Assembly: GCA_030390025.1 (NCBI GenBank)
Contig: JASTWF010000034.1
Span: 682,001-746,000 of the forward strand
DNA: 64,000 nt
Source: Squalus acanthias
Lineage: Eukaryota
Direction of reading: 5' to 3'
Position numbers and translations under genes: made by a program. Below are positions 1 through 12,705 of the stretch, in pieces (position 1 is the first letter of the stretch; every line of letters starts with the position of its first letter). The notes beneath the pieces are model-generated. The model made no database searches, was not told the origin of the DNA, and saw only the letters and a program-made list of their open reading frames with translations.

Positions 1-590
1 TGCGTGACTGGTCCTGTCTCTTTAAAAAGCCGTTGTGACTGGACCTGTCTCGTTAAAAAGTCGTTGTGACTGGTCCTGTCTCTTCAAAAAGCCTGTGTGA
101 GTGGCCGTCTCTTCAAAAAGCCTGTGTGACTGGTCCTGTCTCTTTCAAAAGCCTGTGTGACTGGTCCTGTCTCTTTAAAAAGCCTGTGTGACTGGTGCTG
201 TCTCTTCAAAAGCCAGTGTCAGTGGTCCTGTCTCTTTAAAAAGCCTGTGTCAGTGGCCCTGTCTCTTTAAACAGCCTGTGTGACTGGTCCTGTCTCTTCA
301 AAAAGACTGTGTGACTGATCTTGTCTCTTCAAAAAGCCTGTGTGAAAAATTCTCTCTCTTCAAAAAGCCTGTGTGACTGGTCCTGTCTCTTCAAAAAGCC
401 TGTGTGACTGGTCCTGTCTCTTTGAAAAGCCTGTGTGACTGGTCCTGTCTCTTTGAAAAGCCTGTGTGACTGGTCCTGTCTCTTCAAAAAGCCTGTGTGT
501 CTGGTCCTGTCTCTTCAAAACGCCTGTGTGACTGGTCCTGTCTCTTTCAAAAGCCTGTGTGACATGTCCAGTCTCTCTAAAAAGCCTTTG
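1..590. repeat. 31-bp tandem minisatellite (AAAAAGCCTGTGTGACTGGTCCTGTCTCTTC), about 19 copies, runs off the window start
   Basis: caaaaagcc recurs at 361 and 392 (period 31); units are nearly identical with no spacers. Confidence 0.95.
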
Positions 591-1496
591 TGAATGTTTT
601 TTGTCACTGCCTGTGGCTCCGGCCCCTTGTTTAGGTGTTCATCGCATGTTATACAATTAATAGGAGTTGGAATGGATGTTTTTTTTTTTAAACAGGGGAC
701 CATGGATTTTGGTGCCACAGGGGTGTTGATGGTGCAGGATTACTGAGACTATTTCTTTGACACTGAAGTGACTTCACTGAGTTACGGAGAAAGCTTTGCT
801 GGAAAAGTAGTGTGAAGAATTGAAGTCCAAGGCCTAGAAACCCGTCATTGAGTGCAGTGGAACTGAATATCAGACGCTGCGTGTCACGGGCGCCCGATCC
901 GATACCACCCGTTTAACCCACGCCCGAGACACATTTCTCGGCTCCTGTCAGTAGACATCGGCAAATATCAAATGTCACAGTGTGCTGGTGAATTGGACTA
1001 AGACTTTTCCTCTCAAAGGCTCGGCTTGAAACCATTCAGAGACATTTGTTATCATCCGAGACAGATTGCTCGAGGGGTGGGGAGATATAAGAGTTGTATC
1101 TAAAATTAATTACAAGCATTTCTGTCTCATCCGAAACTCTGCTGTCCGTGTCCTAACTCGCATCAAGTCCCGTTCATCCATCACCCCTGTGCTCGCTGAC
1201 CTACATTGGCTCCCGGTCCGGCAATGCTTTGATTTTATAATTATCATCCCCGTGTTGAGCCCCAACACATTGCCAAGTGTCCAGTAAAGGATTTGCATCC
1301 CGAAAATGCCATACGTCACTTTGTTTAGTATTTAGTATTTTACCATAAGTATGTCTCATCCCCAGGGTCAAAGGTGAATTTCTACTATTTGCATCAAGGG
1401 GCACAGGGAGGGGGTAGAGTTCGGCTCGGACTGTCGCACAAAACACCATCATAACCAAGCTCCAACTTCATGTCACTCACCATCCAGGCTGGAACA

Positions 1497-1890
1497 ATTT
1501 TTTATTCATTCATGGGATGTGGGCGTCGCTGGCAAGGCCACATTTATTGCCCATTCCTAATTGCCCTTGAGAAGGTGGTGGGGAGACACTTATAAAACTA
1601 AATGGCTTGCTCGGCCATTTCAGAGGGCAGTTAAAAGTTAATCACATTGCTCTGGGTCTGGAGTCACATTTCGGCCAGACTGGGTAAGGACGGCAGATTT
1701 CCTTCCCAGATAGGTTTTTATAAAAATCCTGTAGTTTCATGGTCACCATTCTTGATATTAGCTTTTCATTCCAGATTTGTTTAATTAATTGAATTTAAAT
1801 TCCCCAGCTGGTGGGACTTGAACTCTGGATCATTTGTCCAGTCATCTGGTTTACTAGTCCAGCAACATTACCACTATGCTTCCGTACCCT
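1497..1890 (-). mobile_element. tRNA-derived SINE with CR1-type 3' tail
   Basis: Minus-strand head has box A-like TAGTGG and box B-like GTTCAAGTCC; the tail matches the LINE 3' end at about 10840-10930; it interrupts a block that is uninterrupted at 48355-48895. Confidence 0.7.
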
Positions 1891-2039
1891 TCAAATATAT
1901 CGCCGTTCCTTCATCGTCACTGGGTCAAAAGCCTGACATTCCTTCCATAATAGTATTGTGGGAGCACCTTCACCACAGGGGCTGCAGTGGCTCAATTTGA
2001 AGGCCGACCATTTTCTCACGGGTAACTAGGGATGGGCAA

Positions 2040-4212
2040 GAATACGGGAGGAGGCCATTTGGCCCATTGTGTCTTCCGTGGTCGAAATAGAGCTCTGCAC
2101 CCTAATCCCACTTTCCAGCTCTTGATCCTTAGCCCTGTAGGTTACAGCACTTCAAGTGCATATCCAAGTACGTTTTAAACGTGATGAGGGTTTCTGCCTC
2201 GACCACACTTTCAGGCCGTGAGTTTCAGACCCCCACACCCCTCTGGGTGAAAACATTTCTCCCCATCACCCCTCTAATCCTTCTACCAATTAATTTAAAT
2301 CTATGACCCCCGGTTATTGACCTCCCTGTCAGGGCAAATAGTTCCTCCCTATCGACTCCAGCTAGGCCTCTCATAATTTTATACACCTCAATTAAATCTT
2401 CCCTCAGCCTCCTCTGTTCCAAAGTAAACAACCCCAGGCTATCCAATCTTTCCTCATAGCTAAAATTATCCAGTCCTGGCAACATCCACGTAAATCTCCG
2501 CTATAATGTCTCTCGTGCAATCACATCGTTCCTGTAATGTGGTGACCAGAACTTTACACAGTATTCTAGCAGTGGCCTAACTAGTGTTTTATACAGTTCT
2601 AACATAACCTCCCTGCTTTTATATCCTATGCCTCGGATATTAAAGCAAAGTATCCCACATGCCTACTTAACCACCCTATCTATATGTCCTGATATATTTA
2701 TAGATATGTGGAAATGTACTCCAAGTTCCCTCTGTTCCTACCATTTACTGTGTATGCCCTCTTTTTTAGTCCTCCACCAATCCATTACCTCACACTTCTC
2801 CGAATTGAAGTCAATTTGCCATTGTTCTGCCCACCGGACCAGTCCATTGATATCTTCTTGCAGTCTACAGCTTTCTTCCTCACTATCAACCACACGGCCA
2901 ATTTTGTATCATGAGCAAACTTCTTCATCATGGCCCTAGCATTGAAGTCTAAATCATTAATATATACCACAAATAGCAGGGGACCTAGTACTGAGCCCTG
3001 TGGAACCCCACTGGAAACAGCCTTCCATTCACAAAGAACACCCGTTGACCATTACCCTTTGCTTCCTGCCACTGAGCCAATTTTGGATCCAACTTGCCAC
3101 TTTCCCTTGGATCCAATGACCAACCTGTCATGTGGGACCTTGTCAAAGGCCTTTCTAATATCTATGTGCACTACATCAAATGCACTCCCCTCATCGACCC
3201 TCCTCATTACCTCCTCAAAAAATTCAATCCTGTGAGTCAGACACGACCTTCCCTTAATATTACCATGCTGACTGTCCTTGATTAATCTGTGCCTTTCTAA
3301 ATGCCGATTAATACTGCCCCTCAGAATCTTTCAATATTTTTTTCCACCACCAAGGTTAGACTGACTGCCCTGTAATTACTCGGTCTATCCCTTTCTCCCT
3401 TTTGAAACAATGGTACAACGTTAGCAGTCCTCCAGTCCTCTGGCATCACGCCTGTAGCCAGAGAGGATTGGAAAATGATGGTCTGAGCCTCCGCTATTTC
3501 CTCCTCTGCCTCTCGTAAAAGCCTGGGATACATTTCATCCGAGCCTCGTGATTTATCTAATTTCAAAGATGCTAAACACCTTAATGTTTCTTCTCTCACT
3601 ATGTTTGTCTCATCTAATATTTTCACACTCCTCCTCCTTAACTACAATGTCTGCATCGTCTCACTCTTCTGTGAAGACAGACACAAAGTATTTATTAAGA
3701 ACCATATCCACGTCTTCCGCCTCCACACACAGATTAACTTTTTGGTCTATAATAGGCCAGACTCTTTCCTTAGTTATCCTCTTGCTCTTGATGTATGTAT
3801 AAAACATCTTTCGGTTTTCCTTGCCAATACTTTTTCATGCCCTCTGTTTGCTTTCCTAATTTCCTTTTTAATTTCACCCCTGTACTTTCTATACCCCTCT
3901 CGGCTTTCTGTAGTATTGAGCTCTCGGTATCTGACAAAAGCTTCCCTTTTTGTTCCCTTATCCTACCTTGTATTCCCCTTGACAACTAGGGGATTCTACA
4001 TTTTGAAGTCCCATCCTTTATCTTTGTGGGAATATATTTGCTCTGAGCCCTCACTATCACCCCGTTGAATGCATCCCACAGCTCTGACACTGTTTTCCAA
4101 TTAAGAAGCTGTTTCCAGTCCACTTTTGCTAAATCACATCTCAGCTTAGTAAAATGGACCTTTCCCCAATTGAAAACATTTACACCTGGTCTTTCTTTGT
4201 CCTTTTCCATTA
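2040..4212 (-). mobile_element. CR1 LINE, 5'-truncated and degenerate (ORF2 RT region plus 3' end)
   Basis: Minus-strand ORF fragments PEDWRTANVVPLFQKG, YINDLD...KFAHDTKL, LEQRRLREDLIEVYKIM. Confidence 0.9.
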
Positions 4213-4779
4213 GGGGATATTTAATATAGATGTTCCAGATTGTAACGGGTTTTGACAGAGTAAGTAAGTCGGTTTCCAGAGGCAGAATTGTGGATAACCA
4301 CAGGAAACAAATTTAAAGTAATTGGCAAAAGAACCAGAGGAGAGATGAGAATTTTCTTTACGCAGTGAGATGTGATCTAGAATGCACTGACTGAGAACGT
4401 GGTGGAAGCAGATTCAATAGTAAATTTCGAAAGGGAATGGGGCAATTAGATGAAGGGGAACTTTTATGGGGCTCTGATTAAAGAGTAGGACTGTGAATTG
4501 ATAATTCTTTCAAAGAGACGGCACCGACACGATGGGCCGAATGCCCTCCGTCTGTGATGTACCGTTCAATGATTCTATGAGCGTGAGACAGAGAGAGAGA
4601 GAGAGGAGGGAGAGAGAAGAGGGGGAGATAGAGAAAGGGAGAAAGAGTGAAATAAAAATAGAGACTGAAAGACAGGGAGAGGTACAGAGGGAAAGTAATG
4701 AACTTTAAAAGGGGAATTGGATAAATACCTGAAGGGAAACAATTTGCAGGACTATGGGAAAAGAGCAAGGGAATGGGAA

Positions 4780-5277
4780 TAATCTGAGGGGTGAGGCCAT
4801 GGTGGGATTTGAACATGAGGAGAAGAATATTTAAATCGAGTTGTCGCCGGATCGGCAGCCAATGTTGTTAAGTGATCATCGGGGTGACGGGTGAACGGGA
4901 CATGATGTGTGTTAGGATATGGGCAGCAGAGTTTTGGATGAGCTCTGGTTTATGGAGGCTTGTTACTGGGAGGCCGGCCAGGAGAGTATTGGAATAGTCG
5001 AGTCTGGATTTAACAAAGGCATGGATGAGGGTTTATGCAGTGGAAGGCCTGAGGTGGAGCGGAGATGGGTGAAATTTTGGCGGTGGTAGTCGGCAGGCCT
5101 GGTGATTCAGAAGATATATGTGTTCAGAACTCAGCTCAGGGACAAAGAGATCGCAGAGGTTGCAAACAGCCTGGTTCAGCCTCAGACATTGACCAGGGAG
5201 GGGGCCTGAATCGGGAGATAGAGAATGGAGTTTGTGACGAGGACCGAAGACAATGGCTTCGCTCTTCCCAAGATTTA
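4780..5277 (-). mobile_element. L2 LINE fragment
   Basis: Minus ORF LNLGKSEAIVFGPRHKL, typical of shark L2 ORF2 C-terminal part. Confidence 0.75.
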
Positions 5278-5526
5278 AATGCAAAAAATAATAGCACAGT
5301 GAAACATGGTTTACAGATTTAATGGCTGGATATAGAGAGTTACCAGGGACACCAACAGCAGCAACGAATGAAGAATAGTAATACAGTTAGCAAAGGTTTG
5401 CAGGGTTAATAGCTGGATAGAGAGACTTACCTGGAGCAACAACTGCAGCAAGGAGGGGAGAGTAAATGACAAGAACAGTAATACAGTAAAACATGGTTAA
5501 CAGAATAGCTGGATAGAGAGACTTAC

Positions 5527-5791
5527 CAGGAACACCAACAGCAGCAAGGAGCGGATAGTAAATGTATTGAACAATCAGAAGTGCGAAATAGATCCGATCG
5601 TCTAATGATAGCCAATCATAATATTCTGAAAGAAAGTCAAACTCCCAGCTGAAACTCCTGCCCATTGTTGTAGCATTCCAATCTACTGTTCTCAGATTCT
5701 GATCCATTGTTGTAGCATTCCAATCTACTGTTCTCAGATTCTGATCCATTGTTGTAGCATTCCAATCTACTGTTCTCAGATTCTGATCCAT
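5527..5791 (-). CDS. Exon 1 of GPR139/GPR142-like class A GPCR (paralog A); exon 2 lies outside the window
   Basis: ATG at 5791; 88 codons +1 nt: (MDQNLRTVDWNATT)x3-MGRSFSWEF...IYYPLLAAVGVP, then phase-1 donor G|GTAAGT at 5527/5526; clear paralog of exon 1 at 51694-51916. Confidence 0.85.
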
Positions 5792-5920
5792 TGTTGTAAC
5801 ATTCCAATCTACTGTTCTCAGATTCCGACTCCCTCTCTGTGGAGCAGCGCGCTGATCCCTGTCAGTGCCGGAGGTGATGCTCTCACTGACACTATGGGAT
5901 AACACATTGAAAGGAGTCCC

Positions 5921-6065
5921 TTATTAATAGAAGAGGGAAACACTGCACTGATACAATCAGAGTCCATGGAGACAGACATTAATTACAGTCACGAAACAAA
6001 CATCTTCAGTTAACCCATGGAGACTGACATTAATTACAGTCACTGAACAAACAGCTTCAGTTAAC
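5921..6065 (-). promoter_or_regulatory. Putative promoter of paralog A: TATA-like TATTAATAA plus duplicated 51-bp element containing TAATTAAT
   Basis: TTATTAATA on + at 5921-5929; ttcagttaac at 6005 and 6056 (period 51); near-identical inverted copy upstream of paralog B. Confidence 0.55.
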
Positions 6066-6269
6066 CCCTTTCAATCCAACACTTTTTGTACCACAGTAAA
6101 GTAGAACATTTACCTGGTCCGGATGGGATGTATGAGGGTTGCAGAGGGAAGGAATGGTGAAGTAGCACAGGCTCTGGCCAGAATCTTTCAATTCTCCTCG
6201 GATATGGGAATGGTGCCAGAGGAGTAATACTAGAGGTGGAAGTGTAACCATATTAGATAGGGACAGACT

Positions 6270-7860
6270 AAAAGACTACGAAAAATTCCAAAATGGTTTT
6301 AGAATGCATGTACGTAAACGCACAAAGTGTGGTGAATAAGTTTGGTGAGCAACAAGCACAATTAGTCGTGTGGCAATATGATGTTGTGGCAATAACGGAA
6401 ACGTGGCTTAAAAAGGATGAGAATTGGGCAATTAATGTTCAAGGGTACAAGGTGTTCAGAAAAGATAGGGAATGTAAAAAGGGAAGTGGGGTGGCAGTGC
6501 TGATGAAGGAAGACATTGTAGTGTTGGAAAGGGAGGATGTTCTTGAGGGGACAAGGGCAGAATCCATTTGGTTAGAGTTGAGGCGCACAAAGGGTATGAT
6601 CACGCTATTGGGGGTATTCTACAGACCTGCAAATAGTGAGAGGGAGGTAGAGGAGCAAATCTGCAGGGAAATCACAGGGATAAGCAAGAGCTATAGAGTG
6701 TTGATATTGGGGGACTTTAATTACGCAAATATCGATTGGGATAATGCTAGGGTAAAGGGAAAGGAAGGGGAGGAATTTCTGAAATGTGTTCAGGAGAACT
6801 TCCTTGACCCGTATATTCCTGACCCAACTTGGAAGGAGGCATTGCTGGATCTGGTGCTGGGGAATGAGGTGGGCCAGGTCGACCAAGTGTCTGTGGAAGA
6901 ACATTTGGATACGAGTGATCATCGTATCATAAGATTTATATTAGCAATGGAGAGGAGCAAGGAACAATCTAGAGTGGAACTTCTAAACGGGAATAGGGCT
7001 AACTTCAAAAGGATGCGAAAGGATCTAGCCAGAGTAAAATGGAACCAAAGACTGACAGGAAAAACTGTAACGGAACAATGGGTGATCTTTAAGGAGAAGA
7101 TGTTCTAAGTGCATGCTAGGTACATTCCAACAATTGGGAAGGGTAAGGGAACCAAATCAAGGGCTCCTTCAATGAAGAGGGAGATAGAGAAGTCGATGAA
7201 ACAAAAAAAAGAGAGTGTATGATGAATGTCAGGTGAATTCTTCAAGGGAGAACCAGAACAAATACAATAAGCTGAGAGGGGAAGTGAAGATGAAAATAAG
7301 ATTGGCAAAGAGAGAATATGAGAGTAGAATGGCGGTTAACATAAAAGGGAACCCACAAATCTTCTACCAGCATGTATACAGTAAGCGGGTAGTAGGAGGC
7401 GGGGTAGGGCCGATCAGGGTCAAAGAAGTTGATATATGCATTGAGGCGCAAGGCAAGGCTAGAATACTCAATGCGTACTTTGTATCAGTGTTTAATAAGG
7501 AGGTGGATGCGGACAAAATATCAGTAGAAGTGGAAAATGCTGAAGCAATGGAAGGGGTGAAAATTGATAGACAGGATGTACTAGAAAGGTTGGTTATGCT
7601 TAGAGTGGATAAGTCGCCTGGTCCAGAAGGTTTGCATCCCAGTTTGCTAAGGGAATTGGGAGATGAGATAGCGGAAGCTGTTGCCATAACTTTCCAATCT
7701 TCCATAGGATGGCGCCCGAGGATTGGAAAGTGGCAAATGTGGCACCATTGTTCAAGAAAGGGTGCAAGGATAATCCCAGTAACGGCAGGCCGGTCAGATT
7801 AAAATTAGTGGTGGGTAAAGTTTTCGAAACAATATTCAAGGAAAAAAGTTACGGGCACCT
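6270..7860 (+). mobile_element. CR1 LINE ORF2 5' part (APE endonuclease into linker), degenerate
   Basis: ORF 6293-7108 has YVNAQS, AITETWL, ILGDFN, LDLVL and SDH endonuclease motifs; ORF 7215-7802 has KSPGPEGLHP. Confidence 0.92.
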
Positions 7861-10800
7861 GGAGAGGTTATCTCATTGAAGCATACAAAATTATTACAGG
7901 GCTTGATACGGTGGATGCTGGGAGAATGTTTCCTTTGGCTGAGGAGTCTAGAACTAGGGGCCACAGCCTCAGAATAAAGGAGAGGCCATTCAGGACTGAG
8001 ATGAGAAGACATTTCTTCAAACAATGGGTGGTGAATCTTTGGAAGTCTCTACCCTAGAGGTCTGTGGAGGCTCAGTCATTGGGTATATTCAAAACAGAAG
8101 TCGATAAATTTTTTGACTAGTGAGGGCATCAAGGGATATGGCGATAAGGCCGGGGAATGGAGTTGAGGCAGAAGTTCAGCCATGATCTTATTGAATGGTG
8201 GAGCAGGCTCGAAGGGCCGAATGGCCTACTCCTGCAGGAATGACATATGAGACGACATTGGGTCGATTGGGCTTATACACGCTGGAGTATAGAAGAATGA
8301 GAGGGGATCTCATCGAAACATATAAAATTCTGACAGCTCTGGACAAACGAGATGCAGAAAGAATGTTCCCGATGGTCGGAGAGTCCAGAACCAGGGGTAA
8401 TAATCTAAGGATAAGGGGTAAGCCATTTAGGACAGAAATGAGGAAGAATTTATTCACCCAGAGAGTGGTGAACCTGTGGAATTCTCTACCACAGAAGGTA
8501 GTTGAGGCTAAGTCATTAAATATATTCAAGAATGAGTTAGATATATTTCTTAAAGCTAAAGGTATCAAGGGATATGGGGAGAAGGCAGGTACAGGGTACT
8601 GAGTTTGGATGATCAGCCATGATCTCAGCGAATGGCGGAGCAGGCTCGAGGGGCCGAATGGCCTACTTCTGCTCCTATCTTCTATGTTTCTATTTCTTAT
8701 GTTCTTATGCTTACGCTAATTATGGAGAACCAACATGGATTTGTAAAAGGTAGATCGTGTCTCACGAAACTAATTGAATTTTTTGATGAAGTAACAGGGA
8801 GGATTGATGAAGGGAATGCAATGGATGTTGCCTACATGGATTTTCGCAAGGCGTTTGACAAAGTATCACATAGAATGCTGGTTAACAAAATTGAGGCCCA
8901 TCGAATAGGTTGGTCAGTGGCAGCTTGGATAAGGAATTGGCTTAAGGACAGAAAACAGCGAGTTGTGGTAAATGTCTGTTTTTCAGACTGGAGGATGGTA
9001 GACAGTGGCGTTCCCCGAGGGTCAGTGCTGGGGCCACTAATTTTGTTGATACATTTAAATGACCTGGATATTGGAATACAAAGTAGAATTTCTAAATTTG
9101 CCGATGACACCAAACTTGGGGGTGTGGCAAACAGTGATGATACCAATTGACTGCAACAGGACATAGAAAGTCTAGCAGAATTGGCAGAGAAGCGGCAGAT
9201 GGAATTTAATACAGAGAAGTGAGGTGATGCATTTTGGCAAAAGGAACAGGGAGAGGCATTATACACTTAATGGCACAATTTTAAAGAGTGTGCAGGGACA
9301 GAGGGACCTGGCGGTTAATGTGAATAGGTCCCTGAAGGTGGCGGGACATATTGAGAGAGTGGTTAACAAAGCATATGGGATCTTGGGTTTCATAAATAGA
9401 GGCAATGAGTACAAAAGTAGATAAGTTATGCTGAATCTTTATAAAGCGCTGGTTCGGCCACAACTGGAGTATTGCGTCCAGTTCTGGTCACCACACTTTA
9501 GGAAGGATGTGGAGTCCTTTGAGAGGGTGCAGAGGAGATTTACCAGAATGGTTCCGGGGATGGGGGCTCTTAGCTACAAGGACAGGTTGGAGAATCTGGA
9601 TTTGTTTTCATTAGAGCAAAGAAGGTTGAGGTGTGATTTGATAGAGGTGTACAAGATTATGACAGGTTTGGATAGGCTAGACGGGGAAAGTCTGTTTCCA
9701 CTAGTTGATGGTACAAGGACTAGGGGACACAGATGTATCTTTTTTTGGCAAGAGATACAGGAGGAATGTGAGAAAAAACTTTACGCAGCGAGTGGTGAGT
9801 ACCTGGAACTCGCTGCCGATGGAAGTGGTGGAAGCAGAGACACTCAATGTTTTCAAGGGGAGACTGGATAGGCACTAGAGCGAAATAAACTTGCAGGGAT
9901 ATGGGGATAGAGCGGGGGAAATGAGAATGACTGGATTGCTCTGCAGAGAGCTGGCACGAACTCGTTGGGCCAACTGGCCTCCTTCTGTGCCGTTTTGACT
10001 TTATGACTCTATGACCTTCCTTCCATCATATGTAGAAGTGGGGATGTTCGCTGATGATAGCTCAGTGTTCAGTTCCATTCCCAACTCCTCAGATAATGAA
10101 GCAGTTCATGCCCGCATGCAGCAAGACCTGGATGACATTCAAGTTTAGGCTGATAAGTGGCGAGAGAAAATCACACCACACAATTGCCAGGCAATGACTA
10201 TCTCCAACAAGAGCCATATCCCCTTGACATTCAATGCGATGATCATCACCAATTCCCCCACCATCAATATCCTGGGGGTTACCATTAACCAGAATCTTCA
10301 CTGGACCAGCCACATAAATACTGTGGCTAAAAGAGCAAGTCAAGGCTGGGTATTCTGCGGCAAGTGTCTCACCTCCTGACTCCCCAAAGCCTTTCCACCA
10401 TCTACAAGGCACAAGTCAGGAGTGTGATGGAATACTCTCCACTTGCCTGGATGAGTGCAGCTGCAACAACACTTAAGAAGCTCGGCATCATCCAGGACAA
10501 ATCAGCCCGCTTGATTGGCACCCAATCCACCATATTAAAAATTCACTCCCTCCACCACCGGCGCACCGTGGCTGCAGTGTGTACCATCTAAAAGATGCAC
10601 TGCAGCAACTCGCCAAAGCTTCTTTGGCAGCACTTCCCAGACCCGCGATCTTCCAACTAGACACGGGCAGCAGGAGTATGGGAACACCACCACCTGTAAG
10701 CTTCCCTCCAAGTCACATACGATCCTGACTTGGAAGTATATCGCCAATCCTACATCATCGCTGGGTCAAAATCCTGCAACTCCCTCCCGAACAGCACTGT

Positions 10801-12445
10801 GGGAGCACCCTCACCACACGGGCTGCAGCGGTTCAAGGATGCGGCTCACCACCACCTTCTGAAGGGCTATTAGGAATGGGCAAGAAATGCTGGCCTTGCC
10901 AGCGGTGGCTATATTCCATGAATGAATAAAAAGAAAAACAAGACAGATGACAGATGAAATTCCATAAATTCCATAGATTCTAGAATGGTTCCCGCAGATT
11001 GGAATATCACAAATCTAACACCACTATTTAAGAAACGAGGGAGAGAGAAAACGGGGACTACGGACCAGTTATCCTGACATCAGTAGCAGGGAAAATGCTT
11101 GAATATATTATTAAGGACGCGGTAACAGGGCAGTTAGAAAATTATAATAGGATTGGGCAGAGTCAACACGGATTTATGAAAGCGAAATTGGGTTTGACGA
11201 ATCTGTTAGAGTTTTTAGAGGTTGTAACTAGCAGAATAGATAAGGGGGAGCCAGTAGATGTGGTGGATTAGGATTGTCAGAAGGCATTCGATAAGAGCCA
11301 CACACGAGGTTATTAAACAAAATTAGGGCTTATGGGATTAGGGGTAATACACTAGCATGGGTTGAGTATTGGTTAACGGACAGAAAACAGAGAGCAGCAA
11401 TAAACGGGTCATTTTCGTGTTGGCAGGCTGTAACTAGTGGGGTACCGCAAGAATCAGTGCTTGGGCCTCAGCCATTCACAATCTACATCAATGATTTGGA
11501 TGAGGGGACCAAAAGTAATATATACAAGTTTGCTGATGATACAAAGCTGGGTGGGAATGTAAGTTGTGAGGAGGATGCAAGGAGGCTTCAAGGAGATACA
11601 GACAGGCTAAGTGAGTGGGCAAGAACATTGCAAATGGAATATAATGTGGAGAAATGTGAAGTTAGGAAAAATAGTAAAGCAGAGTATTTTTAAAATAGTG
11701 AGAGATTGGGAAATGTTGGTGTTCAGATGGACCTGGGTGTACTTGTACGTGAATCACTGAAATTTAACATGCAAGTACAGCAAGCAATTAGGAAAGCAAA
11801 TGGTATGTTGGCCTTTATTGCAAGAGGATTTGAGCATAAGAGTAAAGACATCTTACTGCAATTATACAAGGCCCTGGTGAGACCACACCTGGAGTATTGT
11901 GTACAGTTTTGGTCTCCTTACCTGAGGAAGGATATACTTTCCAAAGAGGGAGTGCAACGAAGGTTCACCAGACTGGGTCCTGGGATGGGGCGGAGGTTTT
12001 TCCTATGAGGACAGATTGAGTAGACTAGGCCTATATTCTCCAGAGTTTAGAAGAATGAGAGGTGATCTCATTGTAACAAACAAAATTCTTCCAGGGTCCA
12101 TGTTAGATGCAGGGAGGATGTTTCCACTGGCTGGGGAGTGTAGAACCAGGGGTCACACTCGCAGAATAAGGGGTCGGACAGCTAGGTCTGAGATGAGGAG
12201 AAATTTCTTCACTCCGAGGGTGGGGATCTTTGGAAATCTCTACCTCTGAGGGCTGTGGTCGTTGAGTATATTCAAGACAGAGATCGATAGATTTTTGGAT
12301 ATTAAGTGAATCAAGGGATATTGGGATAGTTCAGGAAAGTGGAGTTGAGGTAGAAGACCAGCCATGATCTTATAGAATGGTGCAGCAGGCTCAATGGGCC
12401 GAATGGCCTACTGCTGCTCCTATTTCTTATCTTCCTATGTTCTAA
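7860..12445 (+). mobile_element. Tandem mosaic of at least five CR1-clade 3' fragments
   Basis: Repeated RT/3'-end segments (QHGFVKGRSCLT, GVPRGSVLGP, FADDTKL, RPQLEYCVQFW, RRMRGDLIE); 3' tails near 8235, 8710, 10010, 10930 and 12440. Confidence 0.88.
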
Positions 12446-12479
12446 CTCTCACTATCTATCCCCATCATTCTCTTTACCG

Positions 12480-12705
12480 CTGTATACCTCTGCCTCTCTC
12501 TCTCTCTGTTTATATCTCTCTATGCCGTCTCTCTTTGTTTCTCTTTCTCTCTCTTTTTCATTGACTGTCTCTCTCACTCTATCTTTGCCCTCTCTCCCTC
12601 TCAATCTCCCCCTCAATGTCTCTCCCCCTCAATCTCCCTCCCCTTCAATCTCTCTCCCCCTCAATCTCCCTCCCCCTCAATCTCCCTTCCCCTCAATCTC
12701 CCTCT
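12480..12705. repeat. Pyrimidine-rich (CT)n and short CCCTCAATCTC repeats
   Basis: Visible low-complexity run directly before the satellite. Confidence 0.85.

Noticed and set aside
6293..7108. 271-aa endonuclease ORF as a host or domesticated gene
   Set aside because: It is the APE domain of a CR1 whose downstream ORF2 is broken by a stop and frameshifts
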